DNA from: Patescibacteria group bacterium
Lineage (GTDB): Bacteria; Patescibacteriota; WWE3; 0-14-0-20-40-13
Assembly: GCA_018896215.1 (NCBI GenBank)
Contig: JAHINB010000003.1
Span: 3,776 to 67,775, forward strand
Direction: 5' to 3'
Length of the DNA stretch: 64,000 nt
This document shows positions 1 to 9,659 of the stretch, in pieces. Every line of letters starts with the position of its first letter. Within the stretch, counting starts at the first letter, position 1. Both the position numbers and the translations under genes were made by a program. Below the pieces are notes generated by a model that was given only the letters and a program-made list of their open reading frames with translations, was not told the DNA's origin and did no database searches.

Positions 1-368
1 CCAAAGAAGCACTAGACGAAAGTTTGGAGCGGGAGATAACAAAAAAACGCTCTTTAATCGGTCCGCACAGGGACGATTTTTTGTTTCTTAAAGATGGTTG
101 GGATTTGGGGCTTTATGGTAGCCGAGGAGAACAGCGAACAGCGGTATTTGCTCTAAAACTTTGCGAGCTGGCTTTTTTAGAAAGCAAGATTGAGGGGAGA
201 GTAACTTTACTCTTGGATGATATTTTTTCGGAGCTGGATAAGTTTTATCGAGAAAAAGTGCTGGATACCATAGAGGATAGACAGTCTTTTATTACAACCG
301 CAGAAGAAAACCTAATTCCTAAAAAACTTTTGGATAGGGCAAAACTTTTTAGACTAAATACCCAATGA
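1..368 (+). CDS. recF: DNA replication/repair protein RecF, C-terminal part (5' end lies upstream of the window)
   Basis: The frame is open from base 3 and translates to ...SLIGPHRDDF...SRGEQRTAVFALKLCELAF...LLLDDIFSELD. This matches the RecF signature GPHRDD plus the ABC-like signature and Walker B region. It ends TGA at 366-368, overlapping the next ATG. Confidence 0.85.
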   Translation, partial: KEALDESLEREITKKRSLIGPHRDDFLFLKDGWDLGLYGSRGEQRTAVFALKLCELAFLESKIEGRVTLLLDDIFSELDKFYREKVLDTIEDRQSFITTAEENLIPKKLLDRAKLFRLNTQ

Positions 369-2461
369 TAGTTTTATATCTTATTTTAATTGGGACAATA
401 GTTGCCTACCTTTTAACAAAAACTCTTTTGGCGATAAGCTTTTTGGGGCTTTTGCCGATTGTATTTTTGGTTTTTCGCGCCTCAAAAACTTTTAAATTCA
501 GAATTGTCGTTACCCTCAAAAAGGCAACAGTGGCAACACTTATGGTATTTTTAATTCTTTCTAACTTCTGGGCGTTCATATTCTCTATTGGTAACAAGAT
601 ACCCTTTAATCCAGTTGGTTTTAACGAATCTCTTTTGGTTGCTTTGATCATCGGAGTTTTGATTACAGGGGGGATGTATTTAGTGGCGTTTCTGCTGGGA
701 ACAATGGTTAAAGGTGTTGGTTTAATTGAGAAAACAGTCGTGGGATTTTGCTTTTTGTCTTTACTGTTTTTAGTTCTTGCTTCCTTTAAAATCTTTTATA
801 TTCCTTTAATCACCCTTATTTTTATTATTCCAATAATTTTACAAAGGAAACTACTTCATCAATTAGTAATAAATATCAAAAGTACACTCTCTCACCAATG
901 GGTTTTTTCTGGAAACAATGCAATCTATTTTATAATTTTAGTTTTGTTTGGAGGAATACTTCTTACCCAATCATTAAAAGGTTTTGTGGAAGGACCAGAT
1001 GGTTTGCGGGCATATTTAAATTTAACTAAATTTATCGCCCAAAATTTCCGAGTTCCCAGTCCTGGGGCGTTTGTGGGAATTCCTTTTCCCTTCGAACTTC
1101 TATCTGCGTTACCCTTTAAATTGGGTGGAATTCCTGTAGCCAAATTCTTTGCTAATTCTTTTTATCTAGTTTTGTTACTAGAGCTTATTGCCTGCGTAAA
1201 ACTGCTTGGTATTAGGAAAAACGCTTTTCCAATTATCTTTGCTTTAGCTTGCCATCCCATTTTGTACTATTTCTTATCGGTGGAATTTAAGACCGACATC
1301 TTTGTTCTAGTTGTAATGCTTGGAGCGCTTCTTTCGTTTTTCCGCAAGTCGCCAGGGACATTGTTTTTGCTGGTTTTTGCGGTTGTGGCTAAGTTCTCGG
1401 CGATTTTTTTTGCTTTGCCTTTGGGGCTATTTTATCTTGCCACAATATTTAAAACTCATCCGCGCAAAAAATTAATCACCAGTTTGGCTTTTTCCACAAT
1501 CCCGCTGTTGTTTTGGTTGGTGTTTTATCGCGCTTCTTACCCCTTTGTTGGACAATTTGGTTTGTACGGCAGTAACTATTCTTATGATACAAGCCTAACT
1601 GATACCTGTCACAGGGAGATTGAGGCGTACGAGACCACAAAATTCTACGAGGCAAAAAAGGGGTTTTTGGGGATAGTAACTCTCCCCTTTGCCAAACTTT
1701 TTGTGGTCAGCGGTAGGGGCGCGATAACCTCTCTAAACGATCCGGGGGTGTTGTATTTTTTGCTTTTATTACCTTTAATCTACCTCTATGTTAAGAACCG
1801 TCCTAAAGTCCCACCTGTGATTAAATGGGATAACCCTGTCACTGCAATATTTTTAAGCACTTTTATCTCTTTTATTCTTTGGGCAAGTGTTAGATCTGAT
1901 GCCATTTGGTATAACCTTGCGGGGTTTATCTTATTAATTTTATTTTTATATAAAGGTGTAGAAAGAGTAGCAACAGAGAAGCAATTTAATGTCATTGTAA
2001 AATTTGTTGGGTTTATTTCTGTATTACATCTTTTAACCTATATTTTTGTTGATCCCTTTGCAACTTATATTCCAACTAATGTAAACGCCCAAACTCTATA
2101 TGGCGGAGCAATTTTGAAGGAAGCTCGGCAACGCTCGTATGACGATATTTATCAAATAGAAAAGGCCACTAATTTGGATCGCAGAAAGATTTTGTTTTCT
2201 AGTGGAATAGCCTTTGTGCGCTTAAATTACTTTGTGGATAATTCGGCAGAAAGAGTTGTCTATTTTGATGGATTAGACACTGGTAAACTCAAAATTGAGG
2301 ATTTTGGTTGGGGGGTCTATTTTAAATACCCCGATTCATTAAAAATCCCCTGCGTCACAGCAACACAACAGAAAGCCAAGAAGTTGTTTGAATCGGCTGG
2401 AGCTGTGATTGTGGATAACCCTTCCGCCACAGTTTATCGTTTTATAGGGTTTCAACCCTGA
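365..2461 (+). CDS. Large polytopic membrane protein (about 15 predicted TM helices plus a C-terminal soluble domain); possibly a GT-C-type glycosyltransferase, function uncertain
   Basis: 698-aa ORF with many long hydrophobic segments and no recognisable catalytic motif. Its ATG overlaps the recF stop. Confidence 0.45.
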   Translation: MIVLYLILIGTIVAYLLTKTLLAISFLGLLPIVFLVFRASKTFKFRIVVTLKKATVATLMVFLILSNFWAFIFSIGNKIPFNPVGFNESLLVALIIGVLITGGMYLVAFLLGTMVKGVGLIEKTVVGFCFLSLLFLVLASFKIFYIPLITLIFIIPIILQRKLLHQLVINIKSTLSHQWVFSGNNAIYFIILVLFGGILLTQSLKGFVEGPDGLRAYLNLTKFIAQNFRVPSPGAFVGIPFPFELLSALPFKLGGIPVAKFFANSFYLVLLLELIACVKLLGIRKNAFPIIFALACHPILYYFLSVEFKTDIFVLVVMLGALLSFFRKSPGTLFLLVFAVVAKFSAIFFALPLGLFYLATIFKTHPRKKLITSLAFSTIPLLFWLVFYRASYPFVGQFGLYGSNYSYDTSLTDTCHREIEAYETTKFYEAKKGFLGIVTLPFAKLFVVSGRGAITSLNDPGVLYFLLLLPLIYLYVKNRPKVPPVIKWDNPVTAIFLSTFISFILWASVRSDAIWYNLAGFILLILFLYKGVERVATEKQFNVIVKFVGFISVLHLLTYIFVDPFATYIPTNVNAQTLYGGAILKEARQRSYDDIYQIEKATNLDRRKILFSSGIAFVRLNYFVDNSAERVVYFDGLDTGKLKIEDFGWGVYFKYPDSLKIPCVTATQQKAKKLFESAGAVIVDNPSATVYRFIGFQP

Positions 2462-2542
2462 GCTTGTCGAAGGGTCAGACCCTAAAATAATTGGGAATTT
2501 AACCCCCCCATTCCAGTATTTTTCTTGTGATAAAATAATATT

Positions 2543-3088
2543 ATGAAAGCATACAGATTTAGTCCGATAAAGAGCAAAGAAGAATTGTTTGAGGCTATTA
2601 ACCACATACATTTTGAATGTAATAAACTTTGTAAACAATCATTTGGAAAGTATCTTCCCAATGCCGGTAATATGGGTATATTTTGCCATTATGATAATGA
2701 GTATGAATTCTTAATTAATATTAGAAAGGATTTAACAGAACCTTCAAACAGTCCAAACCAAAAATACTTTACACTTTATGAACCTGTTGTCATTCCAGCA
2801 AAAAATGATGTACCAGAAACAACTTATAAATACTTGTATATTAGAAAACCTGATCCATATCGCCACCATGTAGGAGATCTGGATTTTTATTTAGAACCAG
2901 AAAAATACAAAGAACTAAAACAATCTATGATTGGTGGAAGGATGATTAAAGGGGCAAGGGTATTTGATCGTCAAGATCTCGATATGATCGAGTTGTACGA
3001 TCCAGATGTTGATGTTTTAGGTTATGTGAGTACAGAAATCATGTCTACAGCGGTTAGAATCAAGCTTTCCGACGCAACAAAGTTATAA
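2543..3088 (+). CDS. Hypothetical protein
   Basis: 181-aa ORF in a locally AT-rich stretch with no recognisable motif. Confidence 0.45.
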   Translation: MKAYRFSPIKSKEELFEAINHIHFECNKLCKQSFGKYLPNAGNMGIFCHYDNEYEFLINIRKDLTEPSNSPNQKYFTLYEPVVIPAKNDVPETTYKYLYIRKPDPYRHHVGDLDFYLEPEKYKELKQSMIGGRMIKGARVFDRQDLDMIELYDPDVDVLGYVSTEIMSTAVRIKLSDATKL

Positions 3089-3139
3089 AGCTGTGTTTGA
3101 CAAAACACATGAATTTGGTATAATCTGAATGTTTAAACA

Positions 3140-4291
3140 TTGGAACTTAGGATAATCTATATGGCGATAATAGCACGAGATATATCAAAGATAGTAGAGA
3201 AATACCTCTTTAAGGGGAAGATAATTATTGTTTATGGGGCTCGCCAAGTAGGCAAAACAACCCTTGTAAGAAACATCCTTAATTCCAGCGATAGCTCCAA
3301 TGGCTATTTTAATTGTGAATTGCTAAGTGTAAAAAGGCAATTGGAGTCTTTAGAGCCTTACAAAACAAAGGAGTTTTTGGGTGATAGCAAAATAATAATT
3401 CTTGATGAAGCTCAGAAAGTAGAAAATATTGGTTTGGCGTTAAAGCAATTAATTGATACCTTTCCAGATATTCAGATAGTAGCTACTGGGTCGTCAAGTT
3501 TTGATCTGTCAAACAAGATTAACGAGCCTTTAACTGGTCGTGCTTTTGAATTTAAGTTATACCCTTTATCTATTCAGGAACTCGTTAAATACTCCGATAA
3601 AAAAATAGTTTTGGAATCATTGGACAAAATACTAACTTATGGTTTATATCCCGAGGTATATTTGTCTGGTAGGAACTTAGCCCAAAAGCTTATAGAGACT
3701 ATATCCAGTCAGTACTTGTATAAAGATGTTTTAGAAATTGAGCAAATAAAAAAGCCACAAACAATTATTCGTTTGTTAGAGTTACTGGCTATGCAATTGG
3801 GAAGTGAAGTGTCGATCACCGAATTAGCCACAACCTTGCAAATTAACTACGATACTGTAGAGCGATACCTGGATTTGCTGGAAAAGTCCTTTGTAATCTT
3901 TAGACTAAGGTCTTTTAGTCGCAACTTAAGAAAAGAAATAACCAAAAAACATAAAGTGTACTTTTATGATGTTGGAATAAGAAATGCCATTTTAAATAGG
4001 TATAACGCATTGTCTTTAAGGGAAGATATTGGTGGGTTGTGGGAGAATTTTCTTATCGCCGAAAGAATTAAATACTTGGATGGTAAAGAAATACCGTTTA
4101 ATAATTACTTCTGGCGAACCCACGATCAAAAAGAAGTTGATTATATAGAAGAAATAAATGGCAAGATACATGCCTACGAATTTAAATGGAAAGAAGAGGG
4201 AGCTAAAATCCCCGTGGAGTTTTTAAACACCTATAAAAACGCTTCGTTTAAGGTAATAAATAAAGACAACTTTTTGTCTTTTCTTGTTTAA
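3140..4291 (+). CDS. AAA+ ATPase, AAA_14/DUF4143 family (paralog 1 of 3)
   Basis: Walker A GARQVGKTTL and Walker B IIILDEAQ. The C-terminal region is typical of DUF4143 ATPases. Confidence 0.8.
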   Translation: MELRIIYMAIIARDISKIVEKYLFKGKIIIVYGARQVGKTTLVRNILNSSDSSNGYFNCELLSVKRQLESLEPYKTKEFLGDSKIIILDEAQKVENIGLALKQLIDTFPDIQIVATGSSSFDLSNKINEPLTGRAFEFKLYPLSIQELVKYSDKKIVLESLDKILTYGLYPEVYLSGRNLAQKLIETISSQYLYKDVLEIEQIKKPQTIIRLLELLAMQLGSEVSITELATTLQINYDTVERYLDLLEKSFVIFRLRSFSRNLRKEITKKHKVYFYDVGIRNAILNRYNALSLREDIGGLWENFLIAERIKYLDGKEIPFNNYFWRTHDQKEVDYIEEINGKIHAYEFKWKEEGAKIPVEFLNTYKNASFKVINKDNFLSFLV

Positions 4292-4307
4292 ATCTACCAC
4301 CGTTTAA

Positions 4308-4339
4308 TAGGGTTGAACCCCATTTAGGGTTCAACCCTA
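4308..4339. repeat. Perfect 13-bp-arm palindrome TAGGGTTGAACCC-CATTTA-GGGTTCAACCCTA (REP-like, GGGT-N4-ACCC pattern)
   Basis: Read directly from the sequence. It lies between the AAA ATPase and the methyltransferase, with no flanking T-run. Confidence 0.5.
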
Positions 4340-4384
4340 AAACAAGTAATATACCCAGTTTATTCTAAAGGAGATTTAGTCACT

Positions 4385-5002
4385 ATGAATCCAGCAGATA
4401 AAGAAAAACAGACGATAGATTTTTATGATAGAAAAGCCGAAGAGTGGGCAAACGCTCATTCTGGCTACGAAAAGATTTCTTGGTGGATAGAAGAAATGCA
4501 GATATTTCATAACCTTCTGCCTACTGGTAAAATCCTGGAAATTGGGGCTGGAACAGGGAGAGACGCTTCAAATCTAGTAGATTTAGGTTACGACTACACA
4601 GGAACAGACGCTTCGTTTGGTCTTCTGGAAATTGCGAAAAAAAGAAACCCGCAAGTAAACTTTAAATTGGTAGGGGTATGCGAATTGGACTTTCCGAAAC
4701 ACGAATTTGATGGGTTTTAGACTGTAGCAACCCTTTTGCATATACCTAAAAACACTATCGATAAGGCGTTGCAGATTATCAGAACCCAAATTAAGCCTAA
4801 TGGGATAGGTTTTATATCATTGAAGGCTGGAGCAGATGAAAGGGAGGATTCGGAAACAGGAAGGTGGTTTTCTTATTACTCACTAAAGGAGTTTAAAAAA
4901 CTACTCGAAAAAAACGGATTTGAGGTGATAAAGCAAAAGACACGCAAGGGGGAAAGAGATTGGTGGCTGTGTTATTGGGTTAAGACAAAAGCCAATGTTT
5001 AG
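4385..5002 (+). pseudogene. Class I SAM-dependent methyltransferase interrupted by an in-frame TAG at 4718-4720
   Basis: The N-part carries motif I (LEIGAGTGRD). The C-part (...TVATLLHIPKN...) continues in the same frame right after the TAG, and both halves align as one methyltransferase fold. Confidence 0.6.
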
Positions 5003-5030
5003 CTTAATTTGAGTGTGATAGAATAATGTC

Positions 5031-5606
5031 ATGGTTGCATTTTCTGCATTTTTGGAATCTCCAAAAAATGTTAGTTTTGAATCTCAAGAAAAGGGGGAAT
5101 TGATTATCTTTTTGCTAAGAAGGCATTGGATTACTAATGTTCCTTGGATACTCTTTTCTTTTGTGTTACTCTCCTTTCCACTTTTGTATCGGGTAATTTT
5201 ATCTAATGACAGCTTTTTTTCTTTGCTACCTTCCAAGTACGCTCTAGTTGCTGGACTAATTTGGTATTTGTTTACCTTTTTATTTATTTTAGAAAACTAT
5301 TTAATTTGGTATTTTAATGTTTACATTTTGACGGATAAACGGGTCATCGACATGGACTTTTACGGCATAATCCACAAAAAAGTTTCCGAAACACCACTTC
5401 GCAACATAGAAGATTCTACCTACTTTGTAAGTGGTATATTCCCAACACTTTTTGATTTTGGAAATATTAAAATTCAGACTGCAGCCGAATCCCCCGAGTT
5501 TGAATTTGAACAGGTTCCAAACCCTGCCCAAGTTCACGATAGAATAAACGATTTAATAACAGATATTCATAAAACAAGAGGGAGGACAAAAAGTGGAAGC
5601 AAATAA
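5031..5606 (+). CDS. Membrane protein with a bacterial PH (bPH_2, YdbS/YdbT-like) domain
   Basis: Two N-terminal TM helices followed by ...YILTDKRVIDMDFYGIIHKKVSETPLRNIEDS...FGNIKIQTA..., typical of bPH_2. Confidence 0.6.
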   Translation: MVAFSAFLESPKNVSFESQEKGELIIFLLRRHWITNVPWILFSFVLLSFPLLYRVILSNDSFFSLLPSKYALVAGLIWYLFTFLFILENYLIWYFNVYILTDKRVIDMDFYGIIHKKVSETPLRNIEDSTYFVSGIFPTLFDFGNIKIQTAAESPEFEFEQVPNPAQVHDRINDLITDIHKTRGRTKSGSK

Positions 5607-5862
5607 CCCCTTGGATCTTTCAATCCAAATACCTTTTCCTAATATCAATATCTCTGTGAGTGTGTGGTATGTAATTGAGCTCCTTCTAATTTTGGCATTT
5701 ATAATTTACATTAGCTTTGCGGCATTGGTGGTAAAACAGGTGTATATTATGGACGAGGCGTTGTCTACCGGTGGGGTATCATCTTACCTAAAAACTTTTG
5801 CTTGGTTACACTTTGTGGCGTCAATAATGGTTTTTGTATTTGTACTGTTTTATTTATTGTAA
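5593..5862 (+). CDS. Small membrane protein, hypothetical
   Basis: 89-aa ORF with two hydrophobic helices, overlapping the upstream gene by 14 nt. Confidence 0.35.
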   Translation: MEANNPLDLSIQIPFPNINISVSVWYVIELLLILAFIIYISFAALVVKQVYIMDEALSTGGVSSYLKTFAWLHFVASIMVFVFVLFYLL

Positions 5863-7509
5863 ATGGAATCAACATTTTCGGTTCGGACACAACAAATTAT
5901 TGGATCGCCTAACCCTCTGCGCGGAGGATTGTGTCGTATTTTAGATATAACTCCGGACTCCTCCGAAGTCTTCGAATCTCGAGGTCGCATGTTTGTACTT
6001 TTGGAACTTTATGATGCTTCGGCTTCTTGTGATCTTACCCTTACCATGTCGCTGATTGCCGACGCTTTGCAAGAATCTTACTTTAGTGTTTTGGATGGAA
6101 CGCCAATTACAGCTTTAGAAAAGGCTGTTTTAGATGTCAAACAAAAGCTTGCGGCGTTGCAACAAAGTTCGGCAAACCCCGCATCATCGCTTTATATTGG
6201 ACTTTCAGTCGTGGTGGTTTGGGGCAAGGTGGTTTATATTTCCCAACTTGGGGATAACAGCATCACGCTTTTGCGCAAAGGAGAACAGAAAGTTATTGCC
6301 GAAAAAGCTGGGGGCGATGTGAATGTTTCTTCGGGAATTTTGGAGGAGGGGGATGTTTTAATCTGCGCTACCGATAATTTTGTTAAAAGATTTCCTTATG
6401 ACTTTATTGTTAAAAACAGTTCTCGTATAGAGCAGGAGGTAGGCTCGTTTGAAGACTCACAAAGGCTTGGTTGCCTTATTGTTTCGGTTGCGACTAAGAA
6501 TATTCTTGCCAAAAGCAGTTTGGTAAATATTATTACCCCCAAAAGAAGTAAGCCAAAAAAGATTTCCAAAAAAGCTGTTTCTGCGGTAGTAGCAGTTGCT
6601 ACAGCAATGTCTTTAATTGGAGTTATCTTTTCGAGACCAATTTCAATTAAAAAGGACGAGAATAACATAGCACAACAAACAGAAAGTACGGTGTCGATTT
6701 CTCAAGTAGAAACAAGTCAAGATGTAATACCTACACCTCTCGTTGACTTTAAAAGGAGACTTGCTAAAGACATAAATCTTTTGAGCTTTGTAGTTTTAGG
6801 TAAAACCGTATCGGCAGTTGTGCAGGACAGTGGGGAGGGATACATAGTGGATTTAGAGTCAGATGAAACAGATGGGATAAAAGAACTAGAAATCTCGCAA
6901 AGCAAAGTGTACGGGCTTTCTTATTTAGAGGGCAAGTACTATATCTTAACCGAGGGTGGCGTTTACGCAGGAGGGGATTTGTCAACCATGGTTTTGCAGA
7001 AAGTTAATGGAGACCTTCCAAAAGATATTACAGGCTTTGCAGTTTACAACGGCAATATTTACATTTTATCCCCCGCCGAAAACCAAATTTATAAGCTTGC
7101 GGCAACAGCGGATGGGTATGCTGTTAGCTCTTGGATTACGGGAGAGGTGGCAATTGCTTCTGCCAAAAGTATTGCGGTTGATTACTATGCTTTCGTGCTT
7201 TTGCGAGACGGAACGGTGCTACAACTTTTAAAGGGTGAGAAAACTAATTGGAGTTTAACCAATGCTCCAGCAACTACCGTCGATGCTATCAGCTTATTTG
7301 CTCCTTCCGAAACAACCTATCTTTATCTGCTTTACAGTAATGGGGAGGTGGCACAGTTTAGTAAAGAGGGCGTTTTTGTAAAAACATTTAAATCGGGCAA
7401 GTCTTTAGAAAAAGCGGAAATAAAAAGCTTTTTTGTTGACGAAAGCAATGCCGAATCTCCACAAATTTATCTTTTAAACTCTAATCAGGTATTTAAGCTT
7501 GAGGACTAG
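5863..7509 (+). CDS. Hypothetical membrane-anchored protein; the N-terminal domain may be PPM/SpoIIE-like, the C-terminal region has beta-propeller-like repeats
   Basis: 548 aa with a single TM near residues 235-255. Five C-terminal repeats of the form hydrophobic-Y-[IL]-L-x-x-G (GKYYILTEGG, GNIYILSP, YAFVLLRDG, TYLYLLYSNG, PQIYLLNSN). Confidence 0.45.
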   Translation: MESTFSVRTQQIIGSPNPLRGGLCRILDITPDSSEVFESRGRMFVLLELYDASASCDLTLTMSLIADALQESYFSVLDGTPITALEKAVLDVKQKLAALQQSSANPASSLYIGLSVVVVWGKVVYISQLGDNSITLLRKGEQKVIAEKAGGDVNVSSGILEEGDVLICATDNFVKRFPYDFIVKNSSRIEQEVGSFEDSQRLGCLIVSVATKNILAKSSLVNIITPKRSKPKKISKKAVSAVVAVATAMSLIGVIFSRPISIKKDENNIAQQTESTVSISQVETSQDVIPTPLVDFKRRLAKDINLLSFVVLGKTVSAVVQDSGEGYIVDLESDETDGIKELEISQSKVYGLSYLEGKYYILTEGGVYAGGDLSTMVLQKVNGDLPKDITGFAVYNGNIYILSPAENQIYKLAATADGYAVSSWITGEVAIASAKSIAVDYYAFVLLRDGTVLQLLKGEKTNWSLTNAPATTVDAISLFAPSETTYLYLLYSNGEVAQFSKEGVFVKTFKSGKSLEKAEIKSFFVDESNAESPQIYLLNSNQVFKLED

Positions 7510-7532
7510 CGATTTTTTTGGTATAATAACCT

Positions 7533-7988
7533 TTGCCGATGCCTGTAATTGCTGAAAACAAAAAGGCCTACTTTGAATATTTTATCGAAAAGGAATTTGA
7601 AGCGGGTTTAAAGCTGTTAGGGCACGAGGTTAAAGCTTGCAGATTGCAAGGAGCGTCCCTTGTGGGATCGTTCGTTCGGGTGGTAAAAAATGAAGCGTTT
7701 GTAATAAATGTTCTAATTCCAGTGTATAAAAAGGCTGGTGGGTCAGTAGTAGGATTGTACGACCCAAAAAGATCTCGCAAGCTCCTTTTGCATAAAGGAG
7801 AAATAAATGCCATAATTGGCGCACAAAGTCGCAAGGGATATGCGATTGTACCTTTAAAACTTTATACGGAAGGTGATTTGATAAAAATTAAGATTGGGAT
7901 TGGGCGGGGCAAAAAGTTGTATGATAAGAGGGAAGAGTTAAAGAAAAGACAGATTCAAAGAGAGATGATGAGAGAAGCTAAAGAATAG
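7533..7988 (+). CDS. smpB: SsrA-binding protein SmpB
   Basis: AENKKAYFEY...KLLGHEVK...PKRSRKLLLHK...; this is canonical SmpB, and it sits next to the tmRNA. Confidence 0.9.
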   Translation: MPMPVIAENKKAYFEYFIEKEFEAGLKLLGHEVKACRLQGASLVGSFVRVVKNEAFVINVLIPVYKKAGGSVVGLYDPKRSRKLLLHKGEINAIIGAQSRKGYAIVPLKLYTEGDLIKIKIGIGRGKKLYDKREELKKRQIQREMMREAKE

Positions 7989-8018
7989 CGAGATTATAAT
8001 TAGCCCATCCTTCGTTCC

Positions 8019-8041
8019 GACATGTGGTCGGAACTTCGGAG
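8019..8041 (+). terminator. Hairpin GTTCCGAC-ATGTG-GTCGGAAC after smpB (no strong T-run)
   Basis: Inverted repeat read directly from the sequence. Confidence 0.3.
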
Positions 8042-8088
8042 GGCATTGTAAATTCTAAGTTCGCTGTTGCTCTCTAAGACTTTACAAT

Positions 8089-8486
8089 GGGGATGATGGG
8101 AATCGATTGGTAAACAAGGCGTAAAAATCAAGCCGAAAATGTTGGGTATTTTCGTTAAGATCCCAACAAAACACAAATGCTGAAGAAGCAAGTTTCGTTC
8201 CTGTAGAAGAGTACGCTTTGGCGTACGCCTAAACAGGTGTTTGGCGCCGTTTTCTTTTAGCGGACGCGCCAGGCACAACCAGAGCTAAAAGAGGTTAGAA
8301 TAGTTATGCAGGTTATCTATATTTTAATCTGATTGGGTTTCCAATCGAACTTATAACCCGGTGAGGGGGTTTTTCTTGTTCTTTTACCCCCAAAATCGCG
8401 ACTTCATTAAAAGAATAAACAAGCTTGTAAAAATTTTTGCGATATTGTTTGTCAACACGGGGGTTCAACTCCCCCCATCTCCACCA
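8089..8486 (+). ncRNA. ssrA: tmRNA (ssrA)
   Basis: The 5' GGGGATG pairs with the 3' CATCTCC-ACCA. The 3' tRNA-like T-arm is GGGGGTTCAACTCCCCC followed by ...CCACCA. An internal tag-like frame ends ...EEYALAYA-TAA, resembling the canonical ...ENYALAA. The gene sits immediately downstream of smpB. Confidence 0.8.
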
Positions 8487-8624
8487 TGCTTCACTAAAGT
8501 TTCGCATGGCGCAGCCACATATAAGGAATTTTCCAAATCGGCGAAGCCATGAGAAAATTTAGGCTGAAGCATGAGTGCCCTTCGTAGCTCCGAACTAAGC
8601 GAGGAGCGTAGTAGGGCTATTGTT

Positions 8625-8900
8625 ATGTCCATGTACTATGTATATATAATTCAGAGTGTATCCAACCCAAATAAAACTTATGTTGGATATACAGAGGATC
8701 TCAAAAAGAGAATCTTTGAACATAATATTGGAGCGAACAAATCTACAGAAAATTTTAAACCGTGGAAGCTTCTTTCCTACATAGCCCTTACAGATAAATA
8801 TCAAGCGTTACAATTAGAGAAGTATCTAAAACAAGGATCTGGAAAAGCTTTTATGAACAAGCATCTAATAACTATAAGCTCCCCCCATGAACAACTATAA
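8625..8900 (+). CDS. GIY-YIG nuclease family protein (small stand-alone)
   Basis: MYYVYIIQS...YVGYTEDLKKRIFEHN is a GIY-YIG motif. The ORF-track start at 8571 is probably too far upstream; the likely start is MSMYYVY. Confidence 0.65.
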   Translation: MSMYYVYIIQSVSNPNKTYVGYTEDLKKRIFEHNIGANKSTENFKPWKLLSYIALTDKYQALQLEKYLKQGSGKAFMNKHLITISSPHEQL

Positions 8901-9657
8901 GATACCACATCACAAACACCCTTATATAAAGCGGATATTTGGCATTGTTAATAAGTGGTTAACAGTCATATACAACTGGATTTTGGACTTTGTTTTTCCT
9001 AAAAAATGCGTCGGTTGCAAAATCGACGGTTCGTTTTTATGTTCCGCTTGCGAAGGAAAAATCGAGTATCTAACAACCCAAGTTTGTCTTGTTTGTCAAA
9101 AGCCCTCCGTTAAAGGTTTTACTCATCCAAATTGCGCCACAATTTACACCCCTGAACGCCTTTACAGCCCTTTTGTTTATAAGGGAGTTATCAGAAATGC
9201 TATTTTGGAAACTAAGTACTCCGGGGCTTTTGCGGTTTTGGATCCGCTTTTAAATATCTTTGTTGAGGCAGTTTTGGAATCAGCGCTTGAAATTGGGGAT
9301 AAAGCAATAGTCATCCCCATTCCGTTGCATAGATCCCGTTATACCAAGAGGGGTTTTAATCAGGCAACATATATTGCGAGCAGAATTGCTGACGCCTTTA
9401 ATGTTTCCTGCCATACCAATATTTTACAAAGAATTGTTAATACTAAATCGCAAGTTGGTTTGGATAAAGAAGCAAGACGGGAGAATGTTAAAAATGCCTT
9501 TGGTATCAACCCCAAAACTTCCTCGATTCTCAAAGATTCTGATATTGTTTTGGTGGATGATGTGGGAACCTCGGGAGCAACCATGCTTTCCGCCTCAAAA
9601 GCTCTAAAACGAGCCGGTTGCAGGTATATTTATTGCCTTTGCCTGGCTAAAGATTAG
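8887..9657 (+). CDS. comFC: ComF family protein (phosphoribosyltransferase domain, competence protein ComFC-like)
   Basis: N-terminal Cys-rich zinc ribbon (CVGCK...CSACEG...CLVCQ...HPNC) and the PRTase motif VLVDDVGTSGATM. Confidence 0.8.
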   Translation: MNNYKIPHHKHPYIKRIFGIVNKWLTVIYNWILDFVFPKKCVGCKIDGSFLCSACEGKIEYLTTQVCLVCQKPSVKGFTHPNCATIYTPERLYSPFVYKGVIRNAILETKYSGAFAVLDPLLNIFVEAVLESALEIGDKAIVIPIPLHRSRYTKRGFNQATYIASRIADAFNVSCHTNILQRIVNTKSQVGLDKEARRENVKNAFGINPKTSSILKDSDIVLVDDVGTSGATMLSASKALKRAGCRYIYCLCLAKD

Positions 9658-9659
9658 CT

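Noticed and set aside
8000-8552. ORFs 8000-8278(-), 8313-8507(-) and 8361-8552(+)
   Set aside because: They overlap the tmRNA gene, have no protein-like features, and are artefacts of the structured RNA.
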